Shown in pieces: positions 57,289 to 64,000 of a stretch of DNA of 64,000 nt; the first letter of the stretch is position 1; every line of letters begins with the position of its first letter. Location: contig CAKOLK010000001.1 of the NCBI GenBank assembly GCA_934096275.1, forward strand, positions 79,876 through 143,875, written 5' to 3'. This stretch comes from an uncultured Bacilli bacterium. GTDB taxonomy: Bacteria; Bacillota_I; Bacilli_A; RF39; UBA660. A program made the position numbers and the translations under genes. The notes under the pieces were generated by a model. The model was not told the origin of the DNA. It saw nothing but the letters and a program-made list of their open reading frames with translations, and ran no database searches.

Positions 57289-58317
57289 TTAATTAACACT
57301 TAGTTGATATGGATCAGAACTTGTACCAGAGCCACTTGATATTTTTACATTGGATGATAAAGTTAAAACTGGACGTGTTGCATATTCACCAGCATAAACA
57401 TATTTTAAATTAAACACACGTCCTAAAGCAATAACAAATGTACCATTAGAACTATTTGGAATTTGAAATAAAAGCCACTCATAATTATTTTTAAATATCC
57501 AATTATCTTGTTTACATTGAGTATAGCTATAATAATCATATAATGTAGCAGTGCATTCCTTTGATGCTGCATATCCATAATCACTTGCATACAACAGTGC
57601 TATTTTTTTACGTGCATTATTTTGCATTACTGGGTTTGTATCATAATAATATCCTGTTCTATTAGACTCATTTTTTCTTTCATATTGCCATGCAATATCA
57701 GTAGTAATACTAGGACTATAATATCCTCCAAGATAATATTTTGTTGTTCCTACCATATTTCGTGCATCAGTACTTAATCTATTATTATAATAATTATTAT
57801 TAAAAAAAGTATTTAAAGTAGCAACAGTCCAATCATTAGTACCATTTTCGTTCCAGATCATATCACCAATAGATTCATCTCTCATTATTTTAAATCTATT
57901 TTCCACATTGCCAGAAGTGTCTTCAGTTGGTATTATTCCTATTATCCTCCATACCTCATTATTAAACGTTACATAGTTATTTACATTTCCTCCACGATAC
58001 CTATACTCTGTCTTAAATCTTTCATCTACTTGTAATGTATTATCTATTTCATGTGTTATCTCTTCAAGTCCATTCTTTCCTACATTATCTTTTGCAAACG
58101 CTAAAGCATCTTTTTCAGTTTTAACACTAAGTTTTAATATATTTTTTGATTCAACACTACTACTCCATTTTGCATAAGAACTATTCGTATAATTATAAGA
58201 AATAATACCGCTAAGTAATAACACAAAAATACCTATTAATGATAATAGATACTTATTATATTCTTTTATATCTTCAAATAAGGGGTTTATCTTTCTAGTA
58301 TTTTGCCCCCCCCCCAT
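57289..58317 (-). CDS. DUF1566-like lectin-fold surface protein, paralog of the C-domain of 42741..44210, with a G10 tract at the start codon
   Basis: TM/signal with SSYAKWSSS. About 85% nt identity to 42960..43600 by eye. No obvious RBS before the ATG. Confidence 0.6.
   Translation of the reverse strand: MGGGQNTRKINPLFEDIKEYNKYLLSLIGIFVLLLSGIISYNYTNSSYAKWSSSVESKNILKLSVKTEKDALAFAKDNVGKNGLEEITHEIDNTLQVDERFKTEYRYRGGNVNNYVTFNNEVWRIIGIIPTEDTSGNVENRFKIMRDESIGDMIWNENGTNDWTVATLNTFFNNNYYNNRLSTDARNMVGTTKYYLGGYYSPSITTDIAWQYERKNESNRTGYYYDTNPVMQNNARKKIALLYASDYGYAASKECTATLYDYYSYTQCKQDNWIFKNNYEWLLFQIPNSSNGTFVIALGRVFNLKYVYAGEYATRPVLTLSSNVKISSGSGTSSDPYQLSVN
58306..58315 (-). repeat. homopolymeric G10 (C10 on the plus strand) tract fused to the start codon
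   Basis: ATGGGGGGGGGGCAA on the coding strand. Confidence 0.95.
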
Positions 58318-58457
58318 ACGAATTATTGTTTGTCATAGTTTTTGTAGATTTTCGAATTATTTTACCAGACTTTGTGTTTTATAAAATACTCAAAAATCTT
58401 CCTCCTTCTTTATTTTTCTTATAACTCAATTATATCACACTTTTAATACTATTAAAA

Positions 58458-59336
58458 CTATTTATAATAATTTTTTTTTGATAGTGATTCATTATTTAGA
58501 TTTAAAGATTGATCGAGTAAAATACTATAATTAGCTTTTTCATAACTTGCAACACAACCAGATAACATAGGATAATATCTAAATAAATTATTAACAGAAC
58601 CCTCTAAATCAATTGAAATAGTACCTCCAGATATCATTTTATTATACTCTTCAGATGTTAACACTTTGAAATATCCTAAAGAATAATTTTTTTGTTCTTC
58701 ACTTTTAAAATTTATTGTATGAGACGGATCAAATAAAACTGCTGGCGTACTATCATATCCTCTCGGAAATACAATATTAAAAGCATGTTCTTCATCATTT
58801 CTCTTACCAATTACTAACTGAGAATCTATTCCTAAAATTTTAAATAAATTATGAGCTATTCCTGCATTCTCACCACATAATCCTAATTTTTCATCATGAA
58901 ACTCTTTTATTGATATTGTTGATTTTTGGTTTCTCAATGCATTAAGATATAGTTTATCTCTTTTTCTAGCAGTATCCAAAGTATTTACTCTTCTTTCAGT
59001 ACTTGATAGATAATTAAAGACTTCATACATTAAAGGCGTAAACAAATATAATTCATTATAATATTCTTTAGATTTTGATAACTGTTTTATTAGTTCAAAA
59101 TAAGGAGTAACATCATCAAATACTAAACTAGGAAAATCATCTTTAAAAAAAGAATGGCCAACAATATATTTTATTTCACTTGAAATATAATCATTATATA
59201 TGTTTTTATATCCAAAGCCAATTTTTTCGGGTACTAAATTTTGTTCTAACTCTATAATTCTAGTTTTAATAAATTCTAAAATTTCTTGATCAGATTTAAA
59301 ACTCAATATTCTTTTTTTTATTTCTTCTTTCATCAT
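58458..59336 (-). CDS. hypothetical protein with possible transglutaminase-like Cys-His-Asp core
   Basis: LCGENAG (Cys), EEHAFNIV (His), LFDPSH (Asp) in the right order and spacing. Pattern only. Confidence 0.4.
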   Translation of the reverse strand: MMKEEIKKRILSFKSDQEILEFIKTRIIELEQNLVPEKIGFGYKNIYNDYISSEIKYIVGHSFFKDDFPSLVFDDVTPYFELIKQLSKSKEYYNELYLFTPLMYEVFNYLSSTERRVNTLDTARKRDKLYLNALRNQKSTISIKEFHDEKLGLCGENAGIAHNLFKILGIDSQLVIGKRNDEEHAFNIVFPRGYDSTPAVLFDPSHTINFKSEEQKNYSLGYFKVLTSEEYNKMISGGTISIDLEGSVNNLFRYYPMLSGCVASYEKANYSILLDQSLNLNNESLSKKNYYK

Positions 59337-59407
59337 GGTATCTCCTCTTTATTTATAATCAAAAAATATATAAAAAAGTCCTTAAATAAAGGACTCTATT
59401 TTCATAA

Positions 59408-59483
59408 TGGTGATCCCTCAGGGGTTCGAACCCTGGACCCACAGATTAAGAGTCTGTTGCTCTACCAGCTGAGCTAAGGAACC
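59408..59483 (-). tRNA. tRNA-Lys (anticodon CUU), CCA encoded
   Basis: Reverse-complement cloverleaf. Anticodon stem ACAGA/TCTGT with loop CTCTTAA. T-loop GGTTCGAACCC. Confidence 0.9.
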
Positions 59484-59537
59484 AATTAATATGTTATAAT
59501 CATAACATATTTTTTTAATTTTTGAAAGTACTTTTTT

Positions 59538-60383
59538 CTATTTTTTTCTAGTTTTTACTTTTTTATTAGTACGATCTATTATTATTTCCCTTTTTTCAGT
59601 AGAAAGTTTATACTTTCTTATTACTTTATCTACATTAACTATTTTATCATTTTTTAAGTCATATAAGAATTCTTTTTTACTAATTATTTTCATTGATAAT
59701 AGTTTATATAGTGTTTCTAAATCATTATCTTTTAAGTTTAAATTAAAGTATTTTGATATATTAGAACATATTTCACTTATTTTATTATCTAATATAAGAT
59801 TTTTTCCATCTTCATCAAACATATATATATCAAAACCACTTTTCATTACAAAAGTACCATTTATAAATTGTCCATCATCATATAATGGAGATATTACTTT
59901 TTTATTCTTTTTTGAAAAACCAACTTTATTATTTTTCTTTACTTTTTCATAGTTTGAATCAGTTGTTATTAATTCATTTTCATCTTCAAAAAGACTTATT
60001 CCATTTACATTCATTAACATAGATATATAAGGCATAAAAGTACTTTTTATTGAACTTGGTATATTATAATAATCAGATGATTTTTTACCGTTTAAATCAT
60101 ATAAACAATAACCGTCTTTAGTATTAACCATAATTGCACCACCTAAATCGTAAAAACATTCATTTTCTAATGCTTTTTCTATTTTGTCATATTTTAATAC
60201 TTTCTTAATATTTTCTTCAATTATATTTGGTTCAAATACTAAATAGTTTTCTAAATCTTTTTTAGATAGTTCTTTTCCCTTTAATACATAAGTATTAGTT
60301 TTTTCAATCATTTTTAATCGCCAGTTATATATTATATATGTTTTTATATGTAAAGTAAATATATTAATTAGGAATATTTGCAC
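59538..60383 (-). CDS. hypothetical protein with degenerate WG-repeat-like segments
   Basis: Segments such as NKVGFSKKNKKVISPLYDDG resemble KWG/WG repeats. The true start is probably an internal Met (MIEKTNTYV). Confidence 0.35.
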   Translation of the reverse strand: MQIFLINIFTLHIKTYIIYNWRLKMIEKTNTYVLKGKELSKKDLENYLVFEPNIIEENIKKVLKYDKIEKALENECFYDLGGAIMVNTKDGYCLYDLNGKKSSDYYNIPSSIKSTFMPYISMLMNVNGISLFEDENELITTDSNYEKVKKNNKVGFSKKNKKVISPLYDDGQFINGTFVMKSGFDIYMFDEDGKNLILDNKISEICSNISKYFNLNLKDNDLETLYKLLSMKIISKKEFLYDLKNDKIVNVDKVIRKYKLSTEKREIIIDRTNKKVKTRKK

Positions 60384-60789
60384 AACTTGTTATATTATCA
60401 TACTTTAAATCATTAGATTGTTCTTTCACTTGACTCTCAGTACCTATTATACCATTATTCTTTGAGTCTCTTATACATACTCCGATATCCCCATTATCAT
60501 ATATTACTTTTGCTTCAACTATATCATTATCCCAAGCACTAGTTTTTAATTTTTTTTCTAATAAATTAGAATCCATTCCTAAAAAGTCATATGTTTTATT
60601 AGTAATTTCATCATTTATCTCTAAATCTCCCAGTACAACATTTATCATATTTTGAGCCGTTACTCTAGTTGCGTCTTGTTTAGATTTTTTCACGTAATTA
60701 CCTACCATTGCACTAGAAATAGAAGCAAGTATTCCTAGTATTACTATTATTGCTAATAGTTCTACTAGTGTAAAACCTTTTTTGTTCAT
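60364..60789 (-). CDS. type IV pilin/pseudopilin with prepilin cleavage-methylation motif
   Basis: Start at MNKKGFTLVELLAIIVILGILA (60789) after an AAGGAGGA RBS. Classical G/FTLxE site. Confidence 0.85.
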   Translation of the reverse strand: MNKKGFTLVELLAIIVILGILASISSAMVGNYVKKSKQDATRVTAQNMINVVLGDLEINDEITNKTYDFLGMDSNLLEKKLKTSAWDNDIVEAKVIYDNGDIGVCIRDSKNNGIIGTESQVKEQSNDLKYDNITSCANIPN

Positions 60790-60859
60790 AATATTATCCT
60801 CCTTAGTATAAGGATACAATAAAAAAAGACTGTTTTCAAGTCTTTTAATATTATTTAAA

Positions 60860-61213
60860 TCAATATAATTTCTTTTCAATTCTTTCTATTACTCTTGAAG
60901 GACTATCTAGAAAATCTTTATATAACTTATCGTGTTTTTTGATTTCTCTTAAAATTTCTATTTCTTCTTTTGCCATATACATGTTATATTTTTCATCTTG
61001 TTCTGCCACTACATAAGTATCATTACCAATTAAATAGTTTAATTCTACATCAAATATCTTAGTTAGTTCAATTAAGTTTTTAGTACTTGGTGTTTTTATA
61101 CCCTTTTCCCATTGACATATACTAACTTTTGAAACATCAATTAGTTGCCCTAATTCTTCTTGTGTCATATCCTTTGCTTTTCTACACATTTTTATTCTGT
61201 CTCCAAGAATCAT
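60860..61213 (-). CDS. XRE-family HTH transcriptional regulator
   Basis: MTQEELGQLIDVSKVSICQWEKG helix-turn-helix. Confidence 0.8.
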   Translation of the reverse strand: MILGDRIKMCRKAKDMTQEELGQLIDVSKVSICQWEKGIKTPSTKNLIELTKIFDVELNYLIGNDTYVVAEQDEKYNMYMAKEEIEILREIKKHDKLYKDFLDSPSRVIERIEKKLY

Positions 61214-61311
61214 ACTTTCACCTCATGCTTACATTATAAGAAAATATATTTAATAAAATGTCGATATTAACCAAAAGTTAATTTGTTTTTTATTACAAAA
61301 GAAGACAATTT

Positions 61312-61647
61312 TTATTCATTGTCTTCTTTTGGTTTACTAGATAAGAAACTAACTTTCTCTGCAATTACTTCTTTTTTATATATTTTAGTATCATTTTTTT
61401 CATACACTGATGTTTGGATTCTTCCTCTTACTCCAAGAATATCACCTTTTGTACAATACTCTTTAGTATTTTCTGCAACTCCTTGCCAAAGAACGCAATC
61501 AATAAAATCAGTTTCATATTCACCATGAATATTTTTAAAGTTTCTTGGCACTGCAAGTGTTATTATACTCCTTTTTGTACCATTTTCATTTTCCAAAACC
61601 TCTGGTGTTTTTACTAGTCTTCCTACTAAAATTACTTGATTTAGCAT
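61312..61647 (-). CDS. ssb: short single-stranded DNA-binding protein (SsbB-like, no acidic DDxPF tail)
   Basis: MLNQVILVGRLVKTPE OB-fold start. 111 aa. Ends ..KPKEDNE. Confidence 0.85.
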   Translation of the reverse strand: MLNQVILVGRLVKTPEVLENENGTKRSIITLAVPRNFKNIHGEYETDFIDCVLWQGVAENTKEYCTKGDILGVRGRIQTSVYEKNDTKIYKKEVIAEKVSFLSSKPKEDNE

Positions 61648-61888
61648 GAAATCACCTCCTTTCAGGTTTAATATAAAACAATAAAAAATACTTGTAAAAT
61701 AACCATTTACAAGTATTTATAAGAAAAAGTATACCAAAATTAAAAATTACCTTAAGACAATTTTTAATTTTGGTATTTATATTATTTTAAAATCTATAAC
61801 ATTCAACTAATTTGTTCGTTTTACAAATATTTACAAATATTTACACTTTATTCTACATATTTCTATCATTAGCTTTGTTATATTATAA

Positions 61889-62080
61889 ATGGTGATAAAT
61901 ATGCATGTTAAATTATTCGATTTAGAAAGCGAAAAAGATTTAGAAGAAGAAATGAATAACTTCCTAGATGATGATATTGAAGTTATAGATATTAAATATC
62001 AAGTAGCAGTACAAATATGTGGAGAAGAACAAATATATTGCTTCTCATCAATGATTATATATACAAAAAAAGAAGACTAA
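61889..62080 (+). CDS. cse60: Cse60-family small sporulation protein
   Basis: VKLFD.E.EKDLEEEMN.FL...IEVIDIKYQV pattern. About 60 aa. Confidence 0.6.
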   Translation: MVINMHVKLFDLESEKDLEEEMNNFLDDDIEVIDIKYQVAVQICGEEQIYCFSSMIIYTKKED

Positions 62081-62081
62081 A

Positions 62082-62318
62082 TTAGTCTCCAAGAACTTTA
62101 CCATCTGCATCTTTATTAATTGTACCAACAAGTATTAAGATTCCTTCGATTAAACCCCATGTACTTGATATGAAGTATAATAAACCAAATGATAAACAAG
62201 TAATTAAAAGTTGAGCAACAGCCTTACCAGTATAACCTAAATAAAAATTATGTGCACCAAATCCTCCGAGAAAGATTCCAAGTAAACCTGCACCAATTCT
62301 TGATTTTTTTTCTTCCAT
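62082..62318 (-). CDS. TM2 domain-containing membrane protein
   Basis: 78 aa. GAHNFYLGYTGKAVAQLL motif. Confidence 0.75.
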   Translation of the reverse strand: MEEKKSRIGAGLLGIFLGGFGAHNFYLGYTGKAVAQLLITCLSFGLLYFISSTWGLIEGILILVGTINKDADGKVLGD

Positions 62319-62323
62319 AATTC

Positions 62324-62923
62324 TTACTTATTACAATCTGTACAAGTAGAACCTTTAGTAACCATTTCCATTAAAGTACCAAGTTTTATTTGTAATCTTT
62401 CCTTTTGTTCTCTATTCCAATATTGATCAGGTGTAATATCTTCTTTTATTACAGATGTTTCACTATCATGATCAATTACTTTTCCATTTATTACAAATGC
62501 AACATATGGAACATATACCCTTTCTTTACCTTCATCAGTATAAGTTAATTTTCCCCTTAGTAGTTCTACTATTTCTTGATACTCTTTAGTATTTTTTTCT
62601 CTATCATTTTTAATATTTAAATAATAGATCTTTTCCATTCCTTTTTCTTTAGCAGTTTCATTTAACACCTTAACATATGCCTGGCACCATTGACATTCTG
62701 GGAATCCCATATATACAACTCCTGTACCATTTTTTAAGATATCCACCACTTCTTTAGCATTTCTGTAGACAAAAGGATTATCTTTACCTACTCCATATTC
62801 TTTGTCAAACTTTTTAGCATCATTTCCATTAAATATAAAGAAACCTGCTACCAAAGCAATTATTAATATAATTACTACTGGTATAATAATTTTTAAACTT
62901 TTTTTCATTTTTAAATCCTCCAT
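62324..62923 (-). CDS. membrane-anchored thioredoxin-fold protein
   Basis: N-terminal TM and CQWC redox motif. Confidence 0.65.
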   Translation of the reverse strand: MEDLKMKKSLKIIIPVVIILIIALVAGFFIFNGNDAKKFDKEYGVGKDNPFVYRNAKEVVDILKNGTGVVYMGFPECQWCQAYVKVLNETAKEKGMEKIYYLNIKNDREKNTKEYQEIVELLRGKLTYTDEGKERVYVPYVAFVINGKVIDHDSETSVIKEDITPDQYWNREQKERLQIKLGTLMEMVTKGSTCTDCNK

Positions 62924-62979
62924 ATAATATTTATTTTAATTTAAGAACCTGTCTCAACAGAGCAAGACTTCGAAAGACC

Positions 62980-64000
62980 CTAAGCACCAGAGTTGACAAG
63001 GACTGCGCGGGCGGAGTAGTTAGTGTGAGCGAGACCGCCGATGTTGTTGAAGTAGAAGACACCGGCGCGAGCACCATCATTGTAGCGCCCGCCGCGCAGA
63101 AACCAAGGGTTGCTAGAGTTCACGAAGTAGGCGTCATCTGAATACCAGTTACCACTTGTTCCTGTAGGTGCCATTTCTTTTGTTGCATCTCCTAGTTTCC
63201 CTCTTGTGTATTGCATGCTACTTGTTCCATAACTATATTTATCATAATATTTCTTACTTGGGAACGCATATGTTCCTGTAAATGATGTACCACCATCTAA
63301 GATTCCTGTAAATGATGAGTTATTATTATTTAAAGTTGAATATCCGCTCATTTGTTGCCCGTTACTATATACCATGTTACCCATCATATATTCCCATGAA
63401 CCACCACTCATATCATATACTCCATATACATTTCCTGTTGTTGATGCGCTTTGTCCTAATGTTGTTGTATATGAATTACATGTTGTACCACTACTTGTTG
63501 AGCCTTCACTTTGTGGTCCACATCCTGTTGTAAATGTACCTGCACTATTTATTTCAACTTCTTTATTTATCCCGTATTTACTATGTGATAGGTATGTTAC
63601 TGCTCCCCATTCCATGTTCTTCATCATATGAGTTTCATCAGTTGTACTAAATCCATATTTATTTCCAGATTCTCTCATCTTTTGGATTCCATTAAAGAAT
63701 GTTCCTACTTGTGCTCCTCTCCATGATATTACATTTGGTTTTATCTGAGGTCTTATTGTTTGTAAGTTACATCCTGATCCAACTATTACTTGATTTGATG
63801 CTGTACATGCAGTATCACTTGATACTTCAAACTTACCTACCCATATTCCTGTTAATTCTTCATTTTCTTCTCTTACATTGTTGTCATTTTTATCCCACCA
63901 GAATGCTGGATGTGTATATGTAGAAGTTCCTGCTTTTAATCCTCCATTTGTTGTATCTGTACATGTTTCTGATGTACTACTAGTACCAGTAACATTATCA
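62980..64000 (-). CDS. FGE-sulfatase/C-type-lectin-fold surface protein, 5' end beyond the right window edge, with a G+C-rich hypervariable-looking C-terminus
   Basis: My translation shows the minus-strand frame of ORF 62980..63678 stays open to position 64000 (..IWVGKFEVSS..ISWRGAQVGTFF..). Motifs EWGAVTYLS, GVYDMSGGSWEYM and LRGGRYNDGARAGVF. Confidence 0.75.
   Translation of the reverse strand, partial: DNVTGTSSTSETCTDTTNGGLKAGTSTYTHPAFWWDKNDNNVREENEELTGIWVGKFEVSSDTACTASNQVIVGSGCNLQTIRPQIKPNVISWRGAQVGTFFNGIQKMRESGNKYGFSTTDETHMMKNMEWGAVTYLSHSKYGINKEVEINSAGTFTTGCGPQSEGSTSSGTTCNSYTTTLGQSASTTGNVYGVYDMSGGSWEYMMGNMVYSNGQQMSGYSTLNNNNSSFTGILDGGTSFTGTYAFPSKKYYDKYSYGTSSMQYTRGKLGDATKEMAPTGTSGNWYSDDAYFVNSSNPWFLRGGRYNDGARAGVFYFNNIGGLAHTNYSARAVLVNSGA

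Noticed and set aside
63312-63923. Three plus-strand ORFs (73-85 aa) opposite the FGE-like gene
   Set aside because: They are antisense to a gene with clear domain motifs that stays open to the window edge. The products are hydrophobic junk.
1-64000. CRISPR arrays, rRNA genes, and a reverse transcriptase, Avd or template repeat
   Set aside because: I saw no regularly spaced direct repeats, no rRNA-like G+C-rich long segment, and no ORF with RT motifs (YxDD). I also saw no second copy of either G+C-rich patch on either strand. This was inspection by eye only, so a computational repeat search is still needed.

Overview
A 64 kb window from a very AT-rich Gram-positive genome (low-GC Bacillota; spoIVB and cse60 suggest a spore-former, possibly Erysipelotrichia- or Clostridia-like). 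My rough background estimate is 25-30% G+C. About 90% of the genes are on the minus strand.

Left two thirds (1-42.6 kb), mostly core genes:
- serS with a Ser T-box leader.
- A rimP-nusA-ylxR-infB-rbfA operon with a leader attenuator.
- spoIVB.
- A ~13 kb wall-glycopolymer locus. It holds a dltA/dltC/MBOAT-type carrier-dependent acylation module with its own PPTase, tagGH, a GatD-like/GatZ-like/cytidylyltransferase trio, and two divergent TagF-like polymerases.
- xseAB-nusB.
- A candidate 6S-like RNA.
- ttcA-like and hisS.
- Two tRNAs.
- A divIB-murB-murG-queH-murF-murE-xerC-holA block.

Right third (42.7-64 kb), accessory cell-surface region:
- A mosaic family of secreted proteins with TasA/SipW-type signal peptides.
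- Lipoproteins.
- A membrane-anchored lysozyme+M23 hydrolase.
- A beta-helix surface protein.
- DD-peptidases.
- A decayed IS with 25 bp perfect inverted repeats.
- tRNA-Lys.
- An orphan pilin plus short SSB.

The most interesting signal is two short G+C-rich patches (over 50% G+C by hand count), poor in A and dominated by NNC codons. They sit exactly at the C-terminal ends of two lectin-fold proteins: 42817..42929 (DUF1566-like) and 62983..63137 (FGE-sulfatase-like). They look like variable regions of a diversity-generating retroelement (DGR). I could not find the template repeat or reverse transcriptase in this window. A G10 tract at the start codon of a non-diversified paralog suggests phase variation in the same family.

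All calls come from reading the ORF translations and the DNA. No database search was run.
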